From positions 16,604-80,603 of the forward strand of contig CAZBFP010000015.1 in assembly GCA_964491265.1 (NCBI GenBank): a DNA stretch of 64,000 nucleotides. Direction: 5' to 3'. Source of the stretch: an uncultured Leptospirales bacterium (GTDB lineage Bacteria > Spirochaetota > UBA4802 > UBA5550). The translations under genes and the position numbers were made by a program. The notes under the pieces were generated by a model. The model ran no database searches. It saw only the letters and a list, made by a program, of their open reading frames with translations, and was not told where the DNA came from. The first letter of the stretch is position 1. Every line of letters starts with the position of its first letter. This document shows positions 51,386-60,327 of the stretch, in pieces.

Positions 51386-52069
51386 ATGAAAAGATTCCTT
51401 ATAATAATTATACTCTGTGTTATTCCGGTATACGGTGCTGGTGAAGACCTGGTTTCTGTGGGACGGATTGAGATTCTTGGACTTGTAAACCTTGACAGAA
51501 CGGATATTCTGGGGAAAGTGCGCACCGGGGTGAGGGATAATAAAATAATTATTGACCTGGAGTCTCTTAAGAGGGAACTGGAGAGTAATATTCTTATAAG
51601 CGGTTTTAATTTCTCCAGTGAACCGGAAACTCTGATTATTTCTATCCGTGAAAAGTACCCTGTATTTAATCTTATGATAGTTGATGAAAATCAGAGTACA
51701 CCTTATCTGATTGACAGCAGACTTAATATTCTTGAATCGGGGCGTTTTTTTAAAACAGATATGCCGATAATAATAGCAGATAGAGAACTTTTTGATAAAG
51801 GTGCGGGAAAAAAAATTGTTTCAGGTATTATTACCATTCTTTCTAAAGTGAAAGAGGATATATCATCTCTTTCCGGGGAATTAACTGAGATAACTATCTA
51901 CTCACCTGATGAGCTGAGAGTTACTTTAAAAAACAGGGGAACCCTCTTTATTCTGAAAAACCGTTATTCAGATTATCTGAAGCTTGAGAAAACGGCAGCC
52001 TTTCTTGATAAAAGGGGGAATTACCCTGAGAGTCTTGACTTACGGGAAGACATGATCCTTGTCAGGTAA
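51386..52069 (+). CDS. ftsQ: FtsQ/DivIB-like protein
   Basis: Syntenic position before ftsA; POTRA-like IEILG...ISIREKYP; C-terminal LDLR. Confidence 0.65.
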   Translation: MKRFLIIIILCVIPVYGAGEDLVSVGRIEILGLVNLDRTDILGKVRTGVRDNKIIIDLESLKRELESNILISGFNFSSEPETLIISIREKYPVFNLMIVDENQSTPYLIDSRLNILESGRFFKTDMPIIIADRELFDKGAGKKIVSGIITILSKVKEDISSLSGELTEITIYSPDELRVTLKNRGTLFILKNRYSDYLKLEKTAAFLDKRGNYPESLDLREDMILVR

Positions 52070-52087
52070 TTATAAAGAGGTTTAGTG

Positions 52088-53311
52088 ATGGAAGAGATAA
52101 TTGTTGGTGTAGACATTGGAACAACTAAAACCTGCGCGGTTATAGGGTATCTCAATGAGAATGATCAGGTTGAGATTGCCGGTGTGGGGATTGCCCCTTC
52201 AAGGGGGTTGAAAAATGGAATAATTGTCAACATAGACAACACAGCTGCTTCCATTGTAAAGGCAGTAGAGGATGCCGAGCTTATGGCCGGTTATGATGTA
52301 ACTTCAGTTTTTGTGGGGATAAGCGGCCAGCATGTCAAGGGTGAAAATTCAAAAGGTGTTGTGGCTATTGCCAACAGGAACAGGACAATAACATCTCTTG
52401 AAGTAAAGCGGGTTATTGAAGCTGCACAGGCAATAGTTATCCCTGTTGACAGGGAAATTCTTCATGTCCTTTCAAAGGAGTTTACGGTTGATGATCAGAC
52501 AGGGATAAAAGATCCTGTTGGGATGAGCGGGGTAAGGCTTGAAGCTGAAGTACATATAATTACAGCTGCTACTACAACTATACAGAATATGATTAAATCA
52601 GTGGCAAAGGCGGGATTCCAGTACAGGGATGTTGTGTTTAATCCCCTTGCCTCAGCGGATGCTGTTATTGCAAGGGATGAAAGAGAGCTTGGTGTTGCAA
52701 TAATCGATATAGGCGGGGGTACAACAGATATCGTCGTGTATATGGAAGGGGGTGTAACCTATTCATCTGTTCTCCCCGTGGGGAGTATTCATATAACAAA
52801 TGATATATCGATCGGTTTGCGAACATCTATTGAATCTGCTGAGATGATAAAAAAGAAATACGGCTGCGCGGATCTCAGTCTGGTTGATCCGTCGGAGATG
52901 GTTGAAGTACCATCGGTAGGGGGACGCGCGCCGCGGAGACTTTTCAGACAGGAGCTTACCCAGATTATTCAGCCCAGGGTCAGTGAAATAATGGAGATGA
53001 TCGATATGGAGCTGGCAAAGAGCGGCAAAAAAGATATGCTCGCTGCAGGAATAGTTTTAACAGGCGGCGGGGCCATGATTGACGGATGTGTTGAGGCTGC
53101 GGAAAGGGTTTTTAACATGCCTGTAAGAGTGGGGATTCCCGGGGATATAGTCGGTTTGAAGGATGTTGTTGCCACTCCACAGTATGCCAATGGTGTGGGA
53201 CTGCTTAAGTATGGTATAAAAATGAGCAGGTTTAGAGGGCAGAGCAGGTTCAACAAGAACAAAAGCGGCTTTGTAGATAAGATTAAAAAACTTTTTGAAG
53301 ATTATTTGTAA
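52088..53311 (+). CDS. ftsA: Cell division protein FtsA
   Basis: DIGTTK, PVGMSGVRLE, DIGGGTT, AEMIKKKYG, LTGGG. Confidence 0.97.
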   Translation: MEEIIVGVDIGTTKTCAVIGYLNENDQVEIAGVGIAPSRGLKNGIIVNIDNTAASIVKAVEDAELMAGYDVTSVFVGISGQHVKGENSKGVVAIANRNRTITSLEVKRVIEAAQAIVIPVDREILHVLSKEFTVDDQTGIKDPVGMSGVRLEAEVHIITAATTTIQNMIKSVAKAGFQYRDVVFNPLASADAVIARDERELGVAIIDIGGGTTDIVVYMEGGVTYSSVLPVGSIHITNDISIGLRTSIESAEMIKKKYGCADLSLVDPSEMVEVPSVGGRAPRRLFRQELTQIIQPRVSEIMEMIDMELAKSGKKDMLAAGIVLTGGGAMIDGCVEAAERVFNMPVRVGIPGDIVGLKDVVATPQYANGVGLLKYGIKMSRFRGQSRFNKNKSGFVDKIKKLFEDYL

Positions 53312-53484
53312 TTTTTTTATGAATACCGGTATTACTGTTAAAACTGGTTTGACAAATTAGATTAATTATTTTAAATATAAATAATTAATTAGCTATTATT
53401 TATATTTACTTCATTTTAATTAATTTAATTTCTAATGAGACATAATAAATAAAAAAAATTTAGTTCAGTTCGATGGGAGGGTAC

Positions 53485-54657
53485 ATGTTCAAATTAGAAG
53501 AAGAAAAGCCTATGACAACGGTCATCAAGGTGATTGGCGTAGGTGGGGCAGGCACCAACGCTGTTAACCGTATGATCGCCACAGGTATGGAAGGGGTCGA
53601 ATTTATTGTGGCCAATACTGACGCTCAGCAGCTCAGGGACAGCCTGGCCACTGAGAAGATTCAGCTCGGTTCTAAACTTACAAGGGGCCTGGGAGCTGGC
53701 GCAAATCCTGAAGTAGGGCGTGAAGCGGCTAATGAGGATAGAGATAAGCTCCAGAAAATGCTTAAAGGGGCTGATATGGTTTTCATTACTTCAGGTATGG
53801 GGGGCGGAACAGGTACCGGGGCAGCACCTGTTGTGGCCGAAATAGCTAAAGAGGCGGGGGCACTTGTGGTGGGTGTTGTAACCAAGCCTTTTAAGGTTGA
53901 AGGGAAGCGCAGGATGAACCAGGCTGAAGAGGGGATAAAAAACCTTAAAGAGAAGGTTGATACACTCATAACAATTCCCAATGATCTTCTTTTAAAGATA
54001 ATTGATAGAAAAACACCTATAGAGGATGCATTTAAGCTTGCTGATGATATCCTGAGACAGGGGGTCCAGGGGATTGCAGATCTTATTATGGTTACAGGAC
54101 TTGTAAATGTGGACTTCGCTGATGTAAGAACTGTAATGCGGGAAACCGGTGACGCACTCATGGGTGTTGGAATCGGCACTGGAGAGAATAAGGCTCTTGA
54201 GGCAACTCAGATGGCTATCAACAGCCCGCTACTTGAAGAGACCAGCATTGAAGGCGCTAAGGCAGTACTTATAAATATAGCGGGCGGCAATGATCTTTCC
54301 CTGCATGAAGTGAATGAAGTAACTAATGAAATAACCAGGCAGGTTGACCCTGAAGCTAATATCATTTTCGGTACAACCGTTGATTCTGCACTGAGTGATA
54401 AGGTTAGAATCACCGTAATTGCAACAGGCTTTGACAGAAAAAAGAATATGTTATCCGTAAGTCCTGCTAAAGCTTCACCAACAAGAGAACATGGAGCTGC
54501 GCTTACATTGATAGAAGGTAAGCAGGAGATGCAGAAGCCTAAAACAGCATCCTCCGGAAGAACCTTCTCTCTTGATTATGAAAGGAAAAACAGCAAAAAA
54601 GATTATTCCAGCGAAGATCTGGATATTCCGGCATTTTTAAGAAGAATGAGTGAATAA
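53485..54657 (+). CDS. ftsZ: Cell division protein FtsZ
   Basis: [26 protein letters not shown]-terminal LDIPAFLR. Confidence 0.99.
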   Translation: MFKLEEEKPMTTVIKVIGVGGAGTNAVNRMIATGMEGVEFIVANTDAQQLRDSLATEKIQLGSKLTRGLGAGANPEVGREAANEDRDKLQKMLKGADMVFITSGMGGGTGTGAAPVVAEIAKEAGALVVGVVTKPFKVEGKRRMNQAEEGIKNLKEKVDTLITIPNDLLLKIIDRKTPIEDAFKLADDILRQGVQGIADLIMVTGLVNVDFADVRTVMRETGDALMGVGIGTGENKALEATQMAINSPLLEETSIEGAKAVLINIAGGNDLSLHEVNEVTNEITRQVDPEANIIFGTTVDSALSDKVRITVIATGFDRKKNMLSVSPAKASPTREHGAALTLIEGKQEMQKPKTASSGRTFSLDYERKNSKKDYSSEDLDIPAFLRRMSE

Positions 54658-54678
54658 ATACTATACCATCCCATCATG

Positions 54679-54705
54679 GACAGGGTGTGTATTATGCACC
54701 CTGTC
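54679..54705. terminator. Hairpin between convergent ftsZ and OmpA-family genes
   Basis: GACAGGGTG...CACCCTGTC. Confidence 0.6.
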
Positions 54706-54713
54706 ATATTTTC

Positions 54714-56321
54714 CTATTCAGTGAAACTGAATTCAACCCTTCTGTCTTTATCATGTGAAATTCCCCCCTTTACAGGCCTGCTGTCTCCATGATTTACTAT
54801 TCTGATTCTCGATTTATCTATCCCTATCCCTGTTATGAAGGCAGAAACATTTTCCGCCCGTTTCATACTCACTGCATAATTTGCACTGCGGCTCCCCCTT
54901 TTATCGGAGTGCCCCGAAATTGTGAGTTTTAATTCCCGGTTCTCCCTCATTCTGTGAACAATACTATAGAGATAGGGGTAATAGGATGTGGATATTTTTG
55001 AGGAATTGAATGGGAAGTATATATTTTTGAGAATAAAATCGGAGGATGGAGTTTCCTTTTTATATTCAGCGGATACCGGTTTATTACCGCTTCTGTTCCT
55101 GTTAAAATAAACATTGATCTCCTGATAATTATCTGGAATCACCTGGTACTGGATTGTTTCAGAAGGTAATTCCGGGTCTGATGATTCGATAAATATATAT
55201 TTTACATCAGGTTTCGGTCTAACAATAAAAAATCCTCTATCATTGCTTACTCTTTCTGTTGTTCTTGTTATACCGCACCCCTCTTTATCGCATGTATGGA
55301 GCAATATTTTAAATCTGCTGTTTCTAATGACTTCCCCTTTTGCTGCGTTGTAGGGTGTAATCTTTATCCATGTTTCATTCCCCCCGGCAGAGACCAGGGT
55401 CTGTTTCACTACTTCCCTCTCAATTTTTTTTGTACCTGACATATAAATGTCAAAACCTCCATTCCCCCCCTTTCTGTTTGAGCATATAAGAGAAAAGTTC
55501 ACACCATCAATAAAGTAGAGGTCATCTTCAGCAGAGTTGATCATTGGTCCTGCATTCACAGGATCAGTGAATTGATCGTTTTTGCGTATGGTGTAGTAAA
55601 TATCCCATCCGCCGTAACCACCTTCCCGGGCAGATGAGAAATAGTATTTCTCATCTTTCGATTTGTAGGATGGTATAAAGGCAATTTCATAATTGCCGGA
55701 ATTAATATTTTCAGGGAGTTCCCTCACATTTTTGATTCCATCTTTAGTAATGTCTGCCATGAAAATTTTGGACCGGCCCATGTTCATGTAGGGCCACCTG
55801 TTGAAGAAAAAGGTTTTGCCGTCCCTGCTGATTGATGGGGACCTTTCGTTCCAGATTGTATTTATATCACTATTAAGAAGCTGAGGTTCACTCCACTTGT
55901 CATCAAATTTTCTTGAAATATATAGATCGTATGTTATGCGGACCCTGCCGTCTGAAGTTACAGGGGGCATATTCCCGCCAGGCCTGTCTGAAGAGAAAAT
56001 GATACTGTTCCCGTCTGCTGAAATGAAAGGTGTTTCGTCATTATATCCTGAGTTAATTTCTTCAATAGGGAGAGGATCTCCCCAGGAGCCTGAAAGGTTT
56101 CTGATTATATAGATATTGTGGTTATTGTCCCCCGGTTTCTTAGCACTCAAAACAATTATTTTCCCGTCAGAAGTTATTGATGGTGAAAATTCGTCACCTG
56201 CAGAATTAATAATAGATCCGGCATTGGTAAGAGAGCCTGATGTTTTAATATCAGAAAAAAGCGCTGCTGCGGAAAATATCAGAACAGAGATTATGGATGC
56301 TGTAATTACGCTTTTTTTCAT
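54714..56321 (-). CDS. Exported PD40 beta-propeller plus OmpA-like peptidoglycan-binding protein
   Basis: Signal peptide; repeated INS..DE.P.IS.DG and FSS.R.GG.GG.DIY; C-terminal IYFPFNS, GHSD..G...N..S..RA, RRVEF. Confidence 0.88.
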   Translation of the reverse strand: MKKSVITASIISVLIFSAAALFSDIKTSGSLTNAGSIINSAGDEFSPSITSDGKIIVLSAKKPGDNNHNIYIIRNLSGSWGDPLPIEEINSGYNDETPFISADGNSIIFSSDRPGGNMPPVTSDGRVRITYDLYISRKFDDKWSEPQLLNSDINTIWNERSPSISRDGKTFFFNRWPYMNMGRSKIFMADITKDGIKNVRELPENINSGNYEIAFIPSYKSKDEKYYFSSAREGGYGGWDIYYTIRKNDQFTDPVNAGPMINSAEDDLYFIDGVNFSLICSNRKGGNGGFDIYMSGTKKIEREVVKQTLVSAGGNETWIKITPYNAAKGEVIRNSRFKILLHTCDKEGCGITRTTERVSNDRGFFIVRPKPDVKYIFIESSDPELPSETIQYQVIPDNYQEINVYFNRNRSGNKPVSAEYKKETPSSDFILKNIYFPFNSSKISTSYYPYLYSIVHRMRENRELKLTISGHSDKRGSRSANYAVSMKRAENVSAFITGIGIDKSRIRIVNHGDSRPVKGGISHDKDRRVEFSFTE

Positions 56322-56413
56322 CTCACAATACCTCATATAATATTACCTGTAATTTCTATTCAGTTTCACCTTTAATGTAAAGCAAAAATATGGAAATGTC
56401 ACAGGAATATTTT

Positions 56414-56536
56414 TCAGTAATTATTCCTGAAGATATCTTTTTGTGCGATAATGCTGCTTCCAATATCTCCGGCGCCTTCGGTAGCCGAAATGATAGAGCA
56501 TTTGATTGTAAATATAAGTTAAGGAGTTAACACTGA
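56414..56536 (+). mobile_element. Family A MITE-like element
   Basis: TCAGTAATTATTCCTGAAGATATC...AAGGAGTTAACACTGA, 123 bp; CTTCGG loop. Confidence 0.85.
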
Positions 56537-56627
56537 TTTTTTTATAATTTTTGGAAGTTCAGGGCTTTTTTCTGTTGTAATATTTTAGTTTTGTCGTTAT
56601 TTATTATATTAAATATGGAGACTAATA

Positions 56628-56972
56628 ATGGAACTTAACTTTAAAAAGACAGGTAATATTGTATCAATATATTTAAAGGGGAGGCTCGATGTTCATTATT
56701 CCGCAGATATTGAGCAGGAGCTTGAGAGGCTTGTCCCCCTTTATCCCGCCAGCCATTTTCTGATCAATATGAAAGATGTTGAGTATATCAGCAGTTCCGG
56801 GCTAAGGATTATTGTAATGACAATGAAACTCCTTAAAGCACAGGAAAGGAAACTTGTTCTCTGCTGTATTAATGAGGCGGTAAGGAAGGTCTTTGAGGTG
56901 GTACAGGTTATTGATATGTTTGATATATTTGCATCGGAAGAGAAGGGTGTTGAGTTTTTACAGAATTTATAG
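56628..56972 (+). CDS. STAS anti-sigma factor antagonist
   Basis: LKGRLD, VEYISSSGLR phosphoacceptor motif. Confidence 0.9.
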   Translation: MELNFKKTGNIVSIYLKGRLDVHYSADIEQELERLVPLYPASHFLINMKDVEYISSSGLRIIVMTMKLLKAQERKLVLCCINEAVRKVFEVVQVIDMFDIFASEEKGVEFLQNL

Positions 56973-56988
56973 CAGAGTGGAGTAATGA

Positions 56989-57345
56989 GTGAATATCCTT
57001 TCATTCATCGCTTCAATTGCACTGGCGATTACCCTGATGCAGGGATTTTATATTCTTTTTCGGGATTTCAGGTCCGAATCTAACCGTCTTTTTTTCTTTA
57101 TATGTATGTGTATTTCAATTTGGCTTTTCGGCAACCCGGCTGGTCCGGATGGTCAGCTCTTCACAATTGCAGATAATGACTGGTCCCTCAGATTCAGCTC
57201 ACCTTTAACTGTCCGTTATGGAGGAGGCGACTATTCATTATACTTCGGGAATGACATCGCCGGTTCAACCCGCACTACCGGAAATGCAGCTTTGAACGCA
57301 AACGCTGAAGGCTGGTCTATAGGCGCATATGAGTATATGCCGTAA
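56989..57345 (+). pseudogene. Chimeric remnant: N-terminus of a 7TM sensor-like protein fused to the C-terminus of an extracellular protein
   Basis: First 48 aa are two TM helices with an NRLFF motif; the remainder ends in WSIGAYEY; abrupt change in composition near 57132. Confidence 0.5.
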
Positions 57346-57493
57346 TAGATTATGCAGGTTGGGAGAGGTGTAACTTCTCCGGTTTAATACTTACGGATTG
57401 AATTGCTGTCTAAAACGGGGGGTGAGGGTAAAGTCACTTTTTCTCGTGCCTATCTCTGGTGTCAATTCCCGGTGCAAACCGTGAATAATGTTT

Positions 57494-57772
57494 TCAATAC
57501 GCCTTACTTCTCAATTCCATTGCTATAAGATAAACTATTTTTTCATCCTGATCAACCTCATAGAATAATCGGTAATCCCCAATTCTATAACGCCAGGTTG
57601 GCGGATTATAGTTTGCTATCTTCCTGATATTTTTGCCGGGAAATGGATTAACTCTTAACAGCGGGTATATATAATTCTGAATTTTGTTATAAATCTTTTT
57701 ACTCAGATTTTTTCCAATATTATTGAGATCACTACTAAACTGATCAGTTTCAAATATTTTAAAATCAGACAA
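57494..57772 (-). CDS. RelE/ParE family toxin
   Basis: WRYRIGDYRLFYEVD, C-terminal R..AY; probable TTG start overlapping the antitoxin stop. Confidence 0.88.
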   Translation of the reverse strand: MSDFKIFETDQFSSDLNNIGKNLSKKIYNKIQNYIYPLLRVNPFPGKNIRKIANYNPPTWRYRIGDYRLFYEVDQDEKIVYLIAMELRSKAY

Positions 57773-58004
57773 AACGTCCTCTTTTCTTGCGGGCGTCTTC
57801 ACTACCTTTCTTTAGTTTTTTCAATAACTGGTCATTATTTAAAATCCCTGACATTTCAAATTCATCAACTGATTCAGTTTCCTCAATATACCGGAGTGTA
57901 GCTGTAGCAATAAAATTGGAGATGCTTCTATTCTCCAGTTCCGCATGATGTTTAAATCTATCGAGTAATTTTTCATCAATTCTTAATGTTACTGTTTTAG
58001 GCAT
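57765..58004 (-). CDS. Ribbon-helix-helix (CopG-like) antitoxin
   Basis: KTVTLRIDE...AELENRSISNFI; upstream of the RelE-like gene. Confidence 0.85.
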   Translation of the reverse strand: MPKTVTLRIDEKLLDRFKHHAELENRSISNFIATATLRYIEETESVDEFEMSGILNNDQLLKKLKKGSEDARKKRGRFV

Positions 58005-58033
58005 GGCTTTCTCTCACAAAATAGGATTAATAA

Positions 58034-58062
58034 AAATTAATACATATGAATACAATTGTCAA
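58034..58062 (-). promoter_or_regulatory. Sigma70 promoter of the RHH-RelE operon
   Basis: TTGACA-17bp-TAATTT with TGTATT repeats in the spacer (candidate operator). Confidence 0.65.
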
Positions 58063-58155
58063 TAATATAATAGATATACTTTATGATGAAAGGGCTGAAT
58101 ATAATTCTGAATTTAGAAAAAGCAGCCACATCGAGGGAAAACCATAATGATGTTA

Positions 58156-58184
58156 TTGACATTGATATATTACTGCTTTATTAT
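58156..58184 (+). promoter_or_regulatory. Sigma70 promoter of the small protein-retropepsin operon
   Basis: TTGACA-17bp-TATTAT. Confidence 0.75.
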
Positions 58185-58217
58185 GTCTCTTGAAATCAGT
58201 TAAATGAGGAATAATAT

Positions 58218-58448
58218 ATGGCACAAAAAATGACATGGCAGGAGATGAAGGAGAGTTTCCCTGACCAATGGCTTCTTATTGTTGATTATGAACTGGATGA
58301 ATCAGGGCATTTAATAAGCGGGGTTGTAGAACGTCATTCAAAATCAAAAAGCAATATCTATGCAGCTCCACAGATAGATAAACCTGCTGCTTTCCGGTTC
58401 ACAGGAGAATCTTCATTTGCAGGCCTGAGAAGTCATGCAGGTCATTGA
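58218..58448 (+). CDS. Small hypothetical protein (DUF5678-like)
   Basis: SD GAGGA; W.E.K..FPDQWLLI...GVV pattern; 14-bp overlap with the next gene. Family assignment is by pattern recall. Confidence 0.65.
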   Translation: MAQKMTWQEMKESFPDQWLLIVDYELDESGHLISGVVERHSKSKSNIYAAPQIDKPAAFRFTGESSFAGLRSHAGH

Positions 58449-58839
58449 AACATTTTTTGATGCTCAAAGAAATCATATTCATCTTGAGATTACTGTAAAA
58501 AACAGTCACGGTATGGAATATAGTCTTGATGCAATACTGGACACCGGAGCTCCGGTAACAGAAATTTCAGATCAATTTTTAGCATTCACCGGTTTCATCC
58601 CTTTTCCGAATGAAAAAATTTCAATAAAATCAGGTCTCCAGAGTCAGAAGTATAGCAGGATAACTATACCGGAAATATCCGTATGCGGCAATATTATAAA
58701 TGATTTCAATGTATATGTTTCATATTTTGATGAATCCTGGGGAATAGATGCCCTTATTGGTCTTGATTTTTTCCGTAAACATATTGTTGAGATTGATTAT
58801 TCCAAAGGTGTAATAAAAACAGAAAAATTTGATTTCTGA
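58435..58839 (+). CDS. Retropepsin-like (clan AA) aspartic protease
   Basis: AILDTGA catalytic motif and ALIGLDFF motif; no signal peptide. Confidence 0.85.
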   Translation: MQVIETFFDAQRNHIHLEITVKNSHGMEYSLDAILDTGAPVTEISDQFLAFTGFIPFPNEKISIKSGLQSQKYSRITIPEISVCGNIINDFNVYVSYFDESWGIDALIGLDFFRKHIVEIDYSKGVIKTEKFDF

Positions 58840-59003
58840 CCGGATACCTTCTGACCCCAAAAACCTCTATCTGCAAAAAAAAATAAAAAACAATATCTTT
58901 TTTTGCATCCAATTTTTTAATAAATCTGTTCTATTAAGTAAGCAGTCCTGACTTTGCCGGATAATGCTATACCTATCACTTGTAATAATTCAGAGAGGTT
59001 CCA

Positions 59004-59894
59004 ATGTTAAGTTTTCTGCCGGGGAAAGTTCGAGGAGTAATCAGCATAATTCTATTTTCTATAAATACAGTATTCTGGGTCTCTCTACTGCTCATGGTAT
59101 CACTTTTCCGTATTTTAATTCCATTAAAATTCTGGTACCGGTTAACTTCCAGGATTTCTATATTTATTGCAGATACCTGGATTACAGGCAATAATCTGAC
59201 AATCTCCCTGCTTCATAAAATCGAGTGGGATGTAGAGTTTAATGGTGAACTGAAAATGGATGACTGGTACCTGGTTTTATCCAATCATCAGACATGGATT
59301 GATATTGTTGTGCTTCAGAAAGTATTTCTTAAAAAAATCCCCTTCCTTAAGTTTTTTCTTAAAAAAGAGCTCATATGGGTCCCTCTTCTCGGCGCAGCCT
59401 GGTGGAGCCTGGAATTCCCCTTTATGAAAAGATACTCAAAAGAGCTGCTGGAGAAAAAGCCTCACCTCAAAGGGAAGGATGTTGAGTCCACACGAAAGGC
59501 CTGTGAAAAATATAAAACAATGCCCATATCTATTATGAATTTTATGGAGGGGACACGGTTTACTGAGAGGAAGCATACGAAGCAGCAGTCACCCTATAAA
59601 AATCTTCTTAGGCCTAAGGCGGGGGGAGTTGCTCTTGTAATGAGCAGTATGGGGGATATACTTCATAAAATTGCAGATGTTACTATTTATTACCCTGAAG
59701 GAGCAAAATCGTTCTGGCAGTTCCTTTGCGGTGAAACTTCAAAAATAAAAGTTATAGTTAATATTATTCCCATTTCAGATAAAATCAGGGGGGATTATGT
59801 TAATGATCCGGAGTTTGCTGCGGAATTCCAGAAGTGGCTCAATAACTACTGGGAAGAAAAGGATAAATTTCTTACTGAATTGAAGTCGGCGTAA
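59004..59894 (+). CDS. Lysophosphatidic acid acyltransferase, YihG-like
   Basis: NHQTWID, FFLKKELIWVP, FPFMKRYS, EGTRF, LLRPKAGG. Confidence 0.88.
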   Translation: MLSFLPGKVRGVISIILFSINTVFWVSLLLMVSLFRILIPLKFWYRLTSRISIFIADTWITGNNLTISLLHKIEWDVEFNGELKMDDWYLVLSNHQTWIDIVVLQKVFLKKIPFLKFFLKKELIWVPLLGAAWWSLEFPFMKRYSKELLEKKPHLKGKDVESTRKACEKYKTMPISIMNFMEGTRFTERKHTKQQSPYKNLLRPKAGGVALVMSSMGDILHKIADVTIYYPEGAKSFWQFLCGETSKIKVIVNIIPISDKIRGDYVNDPEFAAEFQKWLNNYWEEKDKFLTELKSA

Positions 59895-59917
59895 TATTTA
59901 CGCAGAGGGGATCAGCC

Positions 59918-60217
59918 TTAAAGCAGAAAACCCTCTCTCTCTACAATCTCATGAAATCCGGATGAAGGCTCATCCGGAAGGAAAAGATGCGGTTCAATCC
60001 TTATATCAACTTCACGTCGTGCTAAATAGAGCTTTTTCAACAGGCCGAGATAATCACCCTCCAGCCGGTCTACAAAAAGAGCAACATCAATATCACTCTC
60101 TTCATCAGCAGTCTCTTTCAGGTATGAGCCGAATAAGTATGCCTTTTTAAGAGAAATTAGAGGTTTAATAATTTTAAGGTAGTTCCGTGCTTTATTTACA
60201 GCTTCATTTTTATCCAT
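59918..60217 (-). CDS. Minimal nucleotidyltransferase (MNT) antitoxin
   Basis: YLFGSY......SDIDVALF, IEPH. Confidence 0.88.
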   Translation of the reverse strand: MDKNEAVNKARNYLKIIKPLISLKKAYLFGSYLKETADEESDIDVALFVDRLEGDYLGLLKKLYLARREVDIRIEPHLFLPDEPSSGFHEIVEREGFLL

Positions 60218-60250
60218 TGCTGCAGCTCAATATCTAATTTTACTGTTCAT
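60196..60250 (-). pseudogene. Internally deleted HEPN-gene remnant
   Basis: ATG AAC AGT AAA ATT AGA TAT TG (MNSKIRY) joined out of frame to ELQQWIKMKL-stop, which overlaps the MNT start. Confidence 0.55.
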
Positions 60251-60256
60251 TATTGT

Positions 60257-60285
60257 ATAATAACGATGATGTAATAAAACGTCAA
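60257..60285 (-). promoter_or_regulatory. Sigma70 promoter predicted to give a leaderless transcript
   Basis: TTGACG-17bp-TATTAT, 6 bp before ATG 60250. Confidence 0.7.
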
Positions 60286-60327
60286 TATATTAATCATTTC
60301 GGTTCGCTTACGAAGGAGTTAACTACT

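Noticed and set aside
16203-53487. In-frame ATG 12 nt upstream of asd, gltA and ftsZ (ATGG(G)AGG)
   Set aside because: Most simply the Shine-Dalgarno sequence preceded by AT; no evidence for alternative starts.
8327-56536. CRISPR or integron attC interpretation of family A
   Set aside because: Copies are dispersed in both orientations, with no regular spacers, cas genes, integrase or RYYYAAC/GTTRRRY ends; TSDs favour transposition.
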